Shown here piece by piece: positions 1 through 12,004 of a DNA stretch of 64,000 bases. Position numbers and translations under genes: made by a program. The notes beneath the pieces are model-generated. The model was not told the DNA's origin. It did not search any database and saw only the letters and a list, made by a program, of their open reading frames with translations. Numbering within the stretch: position 1 is the stretch's first letter; each line of letters begins with the position of its first letter. The stretch comes from Nageia nagi (lineage: Eukaryota > Plantae > Pinophyta): the NCBI GenBank assembly GCA_050084985.1, contig JBITNC010000001.1, positions 173,414,001 through 173,478,000 of the forward strand. Direction: 5' to 3'.

Positions 1-1500
1 GCCAAAGGAGAAACAATAGGTTTGATAAATCCTTTAGCCAATAGATCTTCAATTTGATGTTTAATTTCTTCATTTTGAGTCATTGAATTGTAGTACAATG
101 ATGCCTTAGGAAGAGAAACACTTGGAAATAAATCAATTGTGTAGTTGATTGATTGATCTAGAGGAAGTGTTGATTGTGTCTCAAAAACATTTGCTTAAGA
201 TTTTAGAAACTTATTAATTTTTACATTTGGAGTGGATAGTGTAATGTTTGTCTTGGATTGTGAAGAATGTGGTCTAATGAAGATAAGAGCTAATTCAATT
301 GCATTATTTGTTTCCTTACAAGCCTACTTTCATGTGAGGACCGTATTTGTTTGCTTAATGGGAGAAGAAGTGCAAATGTGTGTATCCATGGAGAAGAACC
401 ACTATCCTTCTACTCAAGTTAATACAAATGAGGATAAGGTTGTACAGGTACCTTCAGTTTGTCAACAATGGACCTCACAATTAGATTCTCCTACGAGCCA
501 TTATCAATGATACAATCTAGAGAATAGTCATGTGTGAGATGTGTGATAGTGACAAACAAATTGCCATTATCTTCTGTAGTAGGATGATGATGCATCAAGG
601 TAAGTTTGTTAAAGTGTCCACACAATTCATCATATGATTTATCTTCTCTTGTGGTCTCCATGAGGGCATCTTGTGCTCCTTCATAGGTCGATTTTACAAA
701 CAAAATCGTCTTTTTCAATTTAAAATATTTGGACTTCTTGTGCGCTTTCTTCTTACAATAGTGACAAAGCTTACTATTTTTGGCTGAGGAAGAAGAAGAC
801 CCATGAGATTGTCCAATCGAAGAAGATTGTGAATGTTTGGAAATAGAAGTGCACTTACCTGAAGAAGTTGCAAGACAAGGAGGTGCTTTGGAAGTAAGGT
901 ACTTATCCTCGACCAACTAAACATGATTGTAATCTATTGCAAGAGTATTCAACTCTAGGAACTTTAACTCACTAAAAATATGGCCCACCAAGCTGCTTTT
1001 GAACTTGAGAATAAGCTCAGTTTTTTGATCTAAGTGACCCTACAATATTCACAAACATTTAAATTGAGCAATATAATCCTGAACTAATTGATTAAAACCT
1101 TGACGATGTTGAAGCCACTTAATACTAAGGTCTTGCAAGTGATGGGAGGGATAGAAAGTTTTGCCCAATACATCAACAAAATTGCTCTGAGGAAATGGAG
1201 GATTGAGGTTGACTTGTCAAAGCTGGAATTCTAGGCTTAGAAGAAGAAGAATGTTCGAGAACCACCATTTCTGCGACTCTCAAAAGCTTTAACTTGGCAT
1301 AAGCCACTTTGTTGGTCTCAAGGGTTTGATTGAACATGAACTATGTTTTCATGTCCATTACCTAGTTTGCAAGCACTTTGGTATTTCAAACATCATTATA
1401 GATCGACACTTCACATTTGGTGCATCATGTTTGGCGGCCAAGTCAGCAACAACATCAGAAAGTTCAATTACCTTCTTGACAAGGCTTGTGTGTAGTCACC
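1..1500 (-). mobile_element. Degenerate Ty3/Gypsy LTR retrotransposon fragment (gag, zinc knuckle, protease, start of RT), continuing off the left edge
   Basis: ORF 491..916 has a decayed CCHC knuckle (CHYCKKKAH) and a protease-like LDCIIDNGS. The reverse strand of 1-110 reads EEIKHQIEDLLAKGFIKPIVSPFG, typical of the Gypsy RT N-terminus. Possible decayed Met-tRNA PBS (GTTTTGATACC on +) at ~1773-1783. Confidence 0.75.
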
Positions 1501-4116
1501 ATCGTATTCAATTTAACAGATACTCCAAATTCCAAAACTCAAATCCTCTATAAAATATTACAATTTTAAAAAATTGCAATACTAAAATAAGTTAATATTT
1601 AATTTATAAACTTATTATGGCTGATTTTTAGCTGAATTAACCTGATAAAACTCAAAGCAAAGTATAGCATGCAACCAGCAATCCAATGGTTTTGACGGCA
1701 CACCAATCCGAGACCAGATAAACAAGTTTTAGCCCAAAGTGTGATAGGTATTTAAAAAGGCAAAATAGATACGTTTTGATACCTTTGATTTTTAAATGCT
1801 AATAGGTATTTTTCTCAGCAATGAGTGCAAACCAAGAAGAGATGAGTTTCAGCAGCCATGAAAATGTGATGAATAATTCTTCAGCAGTTGGCACCTTTTA
1901 TGGGATACTGAATTGCGCTACTGGAATTCCATGCTCTCTGTTCCTGAACTTTGCTCTACTGGAGAAAGTGGAGTGCGCTTAGCCAAGGCACTGTGCGTAT
2001 GTGTTGACAGAGTCAAAACAACTTCATGTTAGAATGATGATGTTGGCCTGTAGGAGAAAGGGGCGTTGTGTGCATATGGTGGAGATTTTTCTCCCAAAGC
2101 TGTGTGTGCGTACTTAGCTAGAAAATGATCAGCGTTGTTGCTAGGAGTACATGCGCCAGAAACACACATGCCAGAAGGAAGTGGACTGACAAAACAACCT
2201 TGTATTCATTGTGGCGAAGTCGATGCAGTAGGGTGTTTGTATTGTGCAGCCGAAGGTTGAGTGCTGGCAAAAGGAAAACAAAACATTACAGCTGAAAACC
2301 CTTGGATTGGGCACTAGTTGAGGCTGGAAGAAATTTGTTGTTGGCATGCCTCAATGCATTTGCAGTTGGACGGAAAACAACTGCAGGTCGAGGCAATAAA
2401 ACAGGGAGTTTGTTTGCAGTTGTGCTAACATCTAATTTAGGTTTTGGCAACTCCTCCTCTTGGAATGGTTAGCAAAAACCACAGCAGAAACTACAACAAT
2501 GGGAATAAGAGCATGGTGCATTGGACAGACTAATATTGTACTGTCATCATCAGACAGGAAGAATGGCATTTGTCAATGCCATACATGCTTCTAAACCAGA
2601 CAAATGGCTGAAGAAAGCTTATACAACCCAAACCAGAGAATTGGAAATGCAACTCTATTCCTCAGATTGGAACCATTTCTTTCATACCAGTGATGTAGAA
2701 TCCAAAATCTGATTGCTGGGACAAAAAATTTACAAGCGTAAGTAACCCAAGAGAACAACTCAAAAATCGAAACCTGAGATAACAAACCTAACAGTCCTGA
2801 GCTAACAACTTGAGCAGAGATAAAAAACTAACAATAAGACAAGAATATCAATCCTCATCAGAATTGTAATTCTGGATATACTTCTTATGTGTGATAATTT
2901 TTTTTTTTTCTTTTTTAATATTTATATAGCATGCCAAGTTTTAGGGCTTCAAGGTGGGGCAGTCTTTTAGATGCCTTTGCTCCGACTGCATTAATATGCA
3001 ATATGTTAAATAAATTATTATAAAAGGGCATAATTATTTCAAAATTAAATAGGCACAATCTTATACTCAACAGTAAACTATATACAAATAGATAATTCAT
3101 TTTATGGCATTAGAGCCACTTGGATCAGCTTTAACTTTTTACAAAATCGCATCAGAGACAAATGGATCCTAAAACCAGAATGAATACGTGGAGTGCAATT
3201 TCCTACACACTGCAGCTCCCAAAGACGGATCTTTCCATTCGATGTAGCAGCACACTTGAATCTTGTGATGCTGTTAGAGAAGAAGCTAGAAAACTAAGGG
3301 TACTTGTTTCCAGCTAACTCTGTGCAAGACAAATTACTGTATTATGGTCTAAACTTATAAGGAAAGAGAAATTGTGTGCCAGTTGCATACAAGAATTACT
3401 TTTTATCAGGGCCTATGCAATTTGTAGAAATGAAATATGAAGATGGAATCATTGTGCATTATAAATTTATATGTATTTGTTAGCCATTAGACATATAGGG
3501 CAAGAATTTGAGGAATAACATTCGAGAGAGATAGAGCTGGAACACATGGTTTGCTTTTTCCGCCATCTCTTATTGGTTTGAGTTCATTGGTCTTCTTGGA
3601 TTTCATGTGTGGAAGGTGCAAGATGTCATCATTGACAGAAGCAGCTGTTGGGGTTGTGGTTTTCAAGAATATGAATGAATGACGGTGATGGTGAGGTACG
3701 TGTCTTCTGATTGAGGCCATTAAGAGCTGGCATTAACATATTCAGAATGCTGTAAAAGTAAGCATTGTCATGTTTATGCTAATCAAAGGAAAATTGCATA
3801 TTGAATTCTTTGCGAGAAATGACTGTTATTTATAATGGTTTTAATGATTGGTACCATTTTTATGATGACTCAAAATACGAGTTATGTACTTGATAGACCT
3901 GGGTTTTGTATAACGTGTTTCTAAATGCATAATTATTAACAATTGATTATACAACCGAATTTTTAAAGAATTTTAATCTTCTCTTTATGGATAACAACAA
4001 TATTATATATTCAGGGTCAAGGAACTGATTAATTGCAATCTCATATTGATGGATCAGATCATTTTGTGATGTGTATGGGGGAGTTTCTCCTTGTTATCAG
4101 AAAGAAGAGTTGCATA

Positions 4117-7100
4117 CATAGTAGTAAATCTCGGACTCGGCTCGGACTCGCCGAGGCCCACTCGGACTCGAGACTCGGGACTCGGCAAAAAAATCGGCCA
4201 GACTCGGCAAAAACTCGGCAAAAGAAAAAATAAAAAAAATATGTATTTTTTCACTGAAAACATAAGTTTTTTCAATTGCATATTACTTATTATTGTTATT
4301 AGTGTCTTCTAGAAGCCTACTTACTCAACATCAACATTATACAATTTACAATATACACAATTACGAATAAGAAAAAACGAATAGGAAGGGGCATATGTTT
4401 ATATTCATCAAAATGTTAAAACTTCAAAGTTCACAATACAAAATGTGCCTATGGGGCTAAGATGGCTACAAAATACAAAAGCACACAATCTAATATCTAA
4501 TTCTATGATGGCTGAAAACTTCAATTTTTTGTCATCCTTTTCCCCTTTGCCCTAGCATAAGATACAAGTTCCTTTTGTGCCTGAGCTACGGAACTAGATG
4601 GCACTTCCCCTTCTTGTACCCTTTGCTCTTCTTGCCCCTTTGCTGCCAACTCCTCAGCTAGAATTTCAAGATCATCAAAGACAATGTTAGGAATATTAGG
4701 ATGTTGTAAAGGTTGATCCTCATCATCTGAAGACTCATCCACATCCCCTGAAGGCTGACCCTGATCCTGTAAAGGCTGATCCTGATCCTGTAAAGGCTGA
4801 TCGTCTACGATCCATTCACTGGATGGATCAATGGCATCAAGCTCAATGGCCTCATAATCTATACCTGCAATGTTTGCATAAAGTTCAATATCAATTTCTT
4901 AAATTTGTTTTCCAACTTAAAAGAGTTGTATATTTTATGAAATTGTAGATAATGGCCTCATAATCTAGATTCTATACCTGCAACTTTTTTATGGTGGAGG
5001 AGTAGATTGTAGTGAACAAACACAAGATCATTTAATTTTTCTTGTGTTAACCTGTTTCTCCTTTTGGAGTGAATGTGCTCAAAGATACTCCAATTACGCT
5101 CACAACCAGAAGCACTGCATGGTTGGGATAATACACGGATTGCAAAATTTTGTAGGTTGGGTGTAAATGACCCAAAATCCTCCCACCATAAGTCTGAAAA
5201 AATCCAATAAAAATAGATTTAATACACCACAAGTTCACATGTAAAAATTGAAACTAAGATTAAAAGATTAAAGTTTAATGTTTAATATTTAAATAACTTA
5301 CGTGGTAGCAAAGTATCAACTGCTTTGGCACATTCAGGGGAACTGAAAAGGATGCCGGTGGCACTTTTATATGCTTGCATCTCAGTTTGTATTGCTGAGC
5401 GAATGTTTGGATCAGCCACCAAACGGTCAATAGCAATCCTTAATCCTGACATCACCTCATAATCCTTACATTTTTTTCCAAACCAAAATTTGGGATTAAA
5501 ATAGTAAGCTGCTGCATGAAGAGAGCTATGAAGTTGGAATGTCCAACGACGATCAATGAGATCCCAAAGGGGTTGGTATTTGGCCTTATCGATGTTATAA
5601 TGTTTAGCAATAGCTTGTTTGGCCCTTTCCATGGCCTCAAACACATAACCCATAGGTGGTTTGTCTCCATCAACAAGACGAAGAACTGTCACCAAAGGCT
5701 CTACTATCTGGAAAAAAAAATATTTAAATTCAATATAAAGTTTAAAACTTTAAAGTTAAACAAAAAAATAAAATTAAAAGTTTAATCTTGTAAATTGTAC
5801 CTTGATGGCCTCCTCCATGGCCATCCAGAAGGGCTCCTCAAATAAGATGTCATAGACACTCTTCCATTCGGTGGTGCCTTTGAACCTAGCTCCAGCTTCC
5901 GTGAGCCACTCATCACCAACAAACATCTTCTTCATTGCCCCCTAGATATCAAATTTATGATTGAAGTTAGTTAATCTAATCACAAATCAAAAATTAAAAA
6001 TAAATAACAATTATCATGTGTATGATTATGTTACGATGAAGTTATCAACCTGTGCCTGGAAGAGACTCTGCAAAGTAATAAAAGTTGTGGCAAATCGTGT
6101 AATCCCAGGCCGTGCTATCTCCCTGCCATTAGTGTATTGCCTCATAAGATGCAACACCATGAATGATTGTAAACATATTTGACCACATGCTTTGCCTTCT
6201 CAACAATCGTGGCCAGCCAAGGTAATTTGCCAATGTCCTCCAGTAGCAAATCAAGACAATGGGCTGCACATGGGGTCCATACAAGTGTTTGGTATTTGCC
6301 CTCCAAAATCCTTCCTGCTCTCTTATAAGCTGAAGCATTATCCGTGATGATCTGGACAACATTTTCAGCTCCAACCTCATCCACTATGCTACCCAACAAG
6401 GCTGCAAGACGTACTCCATTCTTCACAATGCCAGATGCATCTACTGATCTCAAGAATACAATGCCTTCACATGAGGCAACCAAGAAATTGATCAATGTTC
6501 TACCCCTACCATCTTCCCAACCATCTGACATAATCGTGCACCCTGATGTGTGCCAACTCTCACGTTGCTTATGAAGCAACGTTTGAATGTCCTGCACAGC
6601 CTCGTCAAGGAGAGGACCCCTCAAATCATAATATGTGGGTGCCTTAAATCCTTGACCGCATGCTGCAATAGCCTCTACCATGCCCCGCCAATATGGAGAC
6701 CTAGCCACATTGAATGGGATGTCTGAAAAAACCAAAATGCAGCTATCGCCTTCCTGGCTTGCTTGTGTCTCTCCTCGTTCCATGCAGTCATACCATGCAA
6801 TGTGGGTTGTGACCCTGGACTGGAACGTGAAGCAAAAAAAGATCCGGGTTTTGCAATTGAGGCAATGCTAGAGCTATTGCCACCACTACCACTAGCAACT
6901 CCTCTGCTAGGAAATGGTGATGGCGTATATGTGCTACCTGTCTCTCCAAGGGGGTTTGCCATGGCCACATCATGTTTCCTTTTCAATTCCTTCTTCTCTT
7001 TATAACCAATGAGAGATGCATTGCACTCTTGCTGAACCTCTAGGGGAACTGTAGGGCATGGCTTAACTTCTTTCCCTACTATCCTGGCTAAGTGATACTT

Positions 7101-8048
7101 GAGGCGGTTTATGCCTCCACTCATATCAAAATTACAAAAGAGGCATATCACACCTCCTTTGTGTTTTGATTTTCCAGGATTCACATATTTCCATGCAGCA
7201 TCTTTCTTCCCTGGAGGTAATGTTGTGGGTATTGTTGGCTGCTCATGAGGTAGACTAGCCTCACTAGCCATGATCCTGCAGCTGCACAAGAAAAATAAAA
7301 AATAATAAGATACAAAAATTAAATTTAAATAGAAAAAATAAAAATATAAGCACATGCCACAAGCTAAAAAAAATGGCTTAAATCACAAATAAAAAATGGT
7401 ACTTAAAATTTTTGGCACCCGTCCAAGTATTAAATTTAGTCCCTTTACGGGGTTCCAAGGGGCAGCGCCCCTGGCGTGCCACCCCCGTCACGAGACGGGG
7501 CTTCAAATTTTTTCGAAAGGGTACAAACGGGCGTTCGGGAAGAGATCTGGGCTAAAAATTACACTATTCCAATTCGTTTGTATCTTACCCCTAAACCCCC
7601 TATTTTTACCTCGCGCAAATTAATTCCCTAAGTGTAATTTCCAAAGTTAAACTACTAATAATATTCGGCGAAAAAAAGAATATAGAAGGTAGAGAAATAA
7701 AATTACTTACCTCAAAATTTAGCACGGATAAAATTCGGTTGGTCTAGTTGCAAAATGCTTCTCTCCCTCTCTTTCGCCCTTCTTCTAACAACTGCACCGC
7801 CAAAATGACCAAAAAAGACTAGAAAAAGTAATAAAAGGCAGAAACTGGGCACTTTTTCTCAAACTGGGCACTTTTTCTCTTGCTGGTCGTGTCAGACGAG
7901 TTTTGGCGAGTCCGCGGCTAGAAACTCGCGAGTCTCGCCGGGACTCGGGACTCGCCAAGACTCGCCAAAACTCGCCGAGTCCGGCGAGTCCGAGCTGCCA
8001 AGACTCGGCCAGACAGACTCGGACTCGGGACTTGCGAGTTTTGGCAAC
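4117..8048 (-). mobile_element. hAT DNA transposon, left (inverted) copy, lacking ~23 bp of its 5' terminus
   Basis: Reverse complement of 8072-12004. 3' TIR CATAGTAGTAAATCTCG at 4117, GACTCGG subterminal repeats at both ends, and mirror-image ORFs in the ORF track (e.g. 5282..5695 vs 10426..10839). Confidence 0.95.
4521..7271 (-). pseudogene. hAT transposase, left copy; two 1-bp deletions in coding exon 1 (real or consensus errors)
   Basis: Same exons as the right copy, but A6 at 6726-6731 (vs T7 at 9388-9394) and C2 at 6157-6158 (vs G3 at 9962-9964) shift the frame and split the ORF into 6675..7355 and 6142..6783. Confidence 0.8.
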
Positions 8049-8230
8049 CATAGTAGCAAAACTCGCCGGGAATCGCCAAAACTCGCGAGTCCCGAGTCCG
8101 AGTCTGTCTGGCCGAGTCTTGGCAGCTCGGACTCGCCGGACTCGGCGAGTTTTGGCGAGTCTTGGCGAGTCCCGAGTCCCGGCGAGACTCGCGAGTTTCT
8201 AGCCGCGGACTCGCCAAAACTCGTCTGACA
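7890..8230. repeat. Fused 5' subterminal repeat arrays (GACTCGG/CCGAGT) at the palindrome centre
   Basis: Dense CpG-rich short motifs mirrored about ~8060; flanked by a 19-bp direct repeat AAACTGGGCACTTTTTCTC x2 (7842-7879, mirrored at 8241-8278). Confidence 0.9.
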
Positions 8231-11200
8231 CGACCAGCAAGAGAAAAAGTGCCCAGTTTGAGAAAAAGTGCCCAGTTTCTGCCTTTTATTACTTTTTCTA
8301 GTCTTTTTTGGTCATTTTGGCGGTGCAGTTGTTAGAAGAAGGGCGAAAGAGAGGGAGAGAAGCATTTTGCAACTAGACCAACCGAATTTTATCCGTGCTA
8401 AATTTTGAGGTAAGTAATTTTATTTCTCTACCTTCTATATTCTTTTTTTCGCCGAATATTATTAGTAGTTTAACTTTGGAAATTACACTTAGGGAATTAA
8501 TTTGCGCGAGGTAAAAATAGGGGTTTAGGGGTAAGATACAAACGAATTGGAATAGTGTAATTTTTAGCCCAGATCTCTTCCCGAACGCCCGTTTGTACCC
8601 TTTCGAAAAAATTTGAAGCCCCGTCTCGTGACGGGGGTGGCACGCCAGGGGCGCTGCCCCTTGGAACCCCGTAAAGGGACTAAATTTAATACTTGGACGG
8701 GTGCCAAAAATTTTAAGTACCATTTTTTATTTGTGATTTAAGCCATTTTTTTTAGCTTGTGGCATGTGCTTATATTTTTATTTTTTCTATTTAAATTTAA
8801 TTTTTGTATCTTATTATTTTTTATTTTTCTTGTGCAGCTGCAGGATCATGGCTAGTGAGGCTAGTCTACCTCATGAGCAGCCAACAATACCCACAACATT
8901 ACCTCCAGGGAAGAAAGATGCTGCATGGAAATATGTGAATCCTGGAAAATCAAAACACAAAGGAGGTGTGATATGCCTCTTTTGTAATTTTGATATGAGT
9001 GGAGGCATAAACCGCCTCAAGTATCACTTAGCCAGGATAGTAGGGAAAGAAGTTAAGCCATGCCCTACAGTTCCCCTAGAGGTTCAGCAAGAGTGCAATG
9101 CATCTCTCATTGGTTATAAAGAGAAGAAGGAATTGAAAAGGAAACATGATGTGGCCATGGCAAACCCCCTTGGAGAGACAGGTAGCACATATACGCCATC
9201 ACCATTTCCTAGCAGAGGAGTTGCTAGTGGTAGTGGTGGCAATAGCTCTAGCATTGCCTCAATTGCAAAACCCGGATCTTTTTTTGCTTCACGTTCCAGT
9301 CCAGGGTCACAACCCACATTGCATGGTATGACTGCATGGAACGAGGAGAGACACAAGCAAGCCAGGAAGGCGATAGCTGCATTTTGGTTTTTTTCAGACA
9401 TCCCATTCAATGTGGCTAGGTCTCCATATTGGCGGGGCATGGTAGAGGCTATTGCAGCATGCGGTCAAGGATTTAAGGCACCCACATATTATGATTTGAG
9501 GGGTCCTCTCCTTGACGAGGCTGTGCAGGACATTCAAACGTTGCTTCATAAGCAACGTGAGAGTTGGCACACATCAGGGTGCACGATTATGTCAGATGGT
9601 TGGGAAGATGGTAGGGGTAGAACATTGATCAATTTCTTGGTTGCCTCATGTGAAGGCATTGTATTCTTGAGATCAGTAGATGCATCTGGCATTGTGAAGA
9701 ATGGAGTACGTCTTGCAGCCTTGTTGGGTAGCATAGTGGATGAGGTTGGAGCTGAAAATGTTGTCCAGATCATCACGGATAATGCTTCAGCTTATAAGAG
9801 AGCAGGAAGGATTTTGGAGGGCAAATACCAAACACTTGTATGGACCCCATGTGCAGCCCATTGTCTTGATTTGCTACTGGAGGACATTGGCAAATTACCT
9901 TGGCTGGCCACGATTGTTGAGAAGGCAAAGCATGTGGTCAAATATGTTTACAATCATTCATGGGTGTTGCATCTTATGAGGCAATACACTAGTGGCAGGG
10001 AGATAGCACGGCCTGGGATTACACGATTTGCCACAACTTTTATTACTTTGCAGAGTCTCTTCCAGGCACAGGTTGATAACTTCATCGTAACATAATCATA
10101 CACATGATAATTGTTATTTATTTTTAATTTTTGATTTGTGATTAGATTAACTAACTTCAATCATAAATTTGATATCTAGGGGGCAATGAAGAAGATGTTT
10201 GTTGGTGATGAGTGGCTCACGGAAGCTGGAGCTAGGTTCAAAGGCACCACCGAATGGAAGAGTGTCTATGACATCTTATTTGAGGAGCCCTTCTGGATGG
10301 CCATGGAGGAGGCCATCAAGGTACAATTTACAAGATTAAACTTTTAATTTTATTTTTTTGTTTAACTTTAAAGTTTTAAACTTTATATTGAATTTAAATA
10401 TTTTTTTTTCCAGATAGTAGAGCCTTTGGTGACAGTTCTTCGTCTTGTTGATGGAGACAAACCACCTATGGGTTATGTGTTTGAGGCCATGGAAAGGGCC
10501 AAACAAGCTATTGCTAAACATTATAACATCGATAAGGCCAAATACCAACCCCTTTGGGATCTCATTGATCGTCGTTGGACATTCCAACTTCATAGCTCTC
10601 TTCATGCAGCAGCTTACTATTTTAATCCCAAATTTTGGTTTGGAAAAAAATGTAAGGATTATGAGGTGATGTCAGGATTAAGGATTGCTATTGACCGTTT
10701 GGTGGCTGATCCAAACATTCGCTCAGCAATACAAACTGAGATGCAAGCATATAAAAGTGCCACCGGCATCCTTTTCAGTTCCCCTGAATGTGCCAAAGCA
10801 GTTGATACTTTGCTACCACGTAAGTTATTTAAATATTAAACATTAAACTTTAATCTTTTAATCTTAGTTTCAATTTTTACATGTGAACTTGTGGTGTATT
10901 AAATCTATTTTTATTGGATTTTTTCAGACTTATGGTGGGAGGATTTTGGGTCATTTACACCCAACCTACAAAATTTTGCAATCCGTGTATTATCCCAACC
11001 ATGCAGTGCTTCTGGTTGTGAGCGTAATTGGAGTATCTTTGAGCACATTCACTCCAAAAGGAGAAACAGGTTAACACAAGAAAAATTAAATGATCTTGTG
11101 TTTGTTCACTACAATCTACTCCTCCACCATAAAAAAGTTGCAGGTATAGAATCTAGATTATGAGGCCATTATCTACAATTTCATAAAATATACAACTCTT

Positions 11201-12004
11201 TTAAGTTGGAAAACAAATTTAAGAAATTGATATTGAACTTTATGCAAACATTGCAGGTATAGATTATGAGGCCATTGAGCTTGATGCCATTGATCCATCC
11301 AGTGAATGGATCGTAGACGATCAGCCTTTACAGGATCAGGATCAGCCTTTACAGGATCAGGGTCAGCCTTCAGGGGATGTGGATGAGTCTTCAGATGATG
11401 AGGATCAACCTTTACAACATCCTAATATTCCTAACATTGTCTTTGATGATCTTGAAATTCTAGCTGAGGAGTTGGCAGCAAAGGGGCAAGAAGAGCAAAG
11501 GGTACAAGAAGGGGAAGTGCCATCTAGTTCCGTAGCTCAGGCACAAAAGGAACTTGTATCTTATGCTAGGGCAAAGGGGAAAAGGATGACAAAAAATTGA
11601 AGTTTTCAGCCATCATAGAATTAGATATTAGATTGTGTGCTTTTGTATTTTGTAGCCATCTTAGCCCCATAGGCACATTTTGTATTGTGAACTTTGAAGT
11701 TTTAACATTTTGATGAATATAAACATATGCCCCTTCCTATTCGTTTTTTCTTATTCGTAATTGTGTATATTGTAAATTGTATAATGTTGATGTTGAGTAA
11801 GTAGGCTTCTAGAAGACACTAATAACAATAATAAGTAATATGCAATTGAAAAAACTTATGTTTTCAGTGAAAAAATACATATTTTTTTTATTTTTTCTTT
11901 TGCCGAGTTTTTGCCGAGTCTGGCCGATTTTTTTGCCGAGTCCCGAGTCTCGAGTCCGAGTGGGCCTCGGCGAGTCCGAGCCGAGTCCGAGATTTACTAC
12001 TATG
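8049..12004 (+). mobile_element. Full-length, apparently autonomous hAT (Ac/Tam3-superfamily) transposon, 3956 bp
   Basis: Imperfect TIRs CATAGTAGCAAAACTCG (8049) and CGAGATTTACTACTATG (ending 12004), CpG-rich CCGAGT/GACTCGG subterminal arrays, internal spliced transposase. Confidence 0.95.
8848..11600 (+). CDS. hAT transposase, 776 aa (zf-BED, DUF659/RNase H-like core, hAT C-terminal dimerisation domain); exons 8848-10071, 10180-10320, 10414-10819, 10928-11143, 11257-11600
   Basis: All four introns are GT-AG and phase-compatible; joined length 2331 nt = 776 aa + stop. Motifs CLFC..RLKYHL (BED finger), MSDGW, ITDNA, CAAHCLDL, TRFAT, WWEDFG..SASGCERNWS..RRNRL..DLVFVHYN. Probable 5'UTR intron 8410-8837/8843. 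Confidence 0.92.

Noticed and set aside
7785-8217. Mirror ORFs 7903..8202 (+), 7918..8217 (-) and 7785..8051 (-), plus 4033-4312 and 11840-12034
   Set aside because: Arg/Ser-rich translations of GC-rich hAT subterminal repeats; they are open only because the repeats lack stop codons.
4117-12004. Palindrome as a simple fold-back read chimera
   Set aside because: A fold-back would mirror the flanking DNA too. Here the symmetry ends at the transposon termini, the flanks are unique, and the centre sits at a TIR. Misassembly of two copies is not fully excluded without reads.
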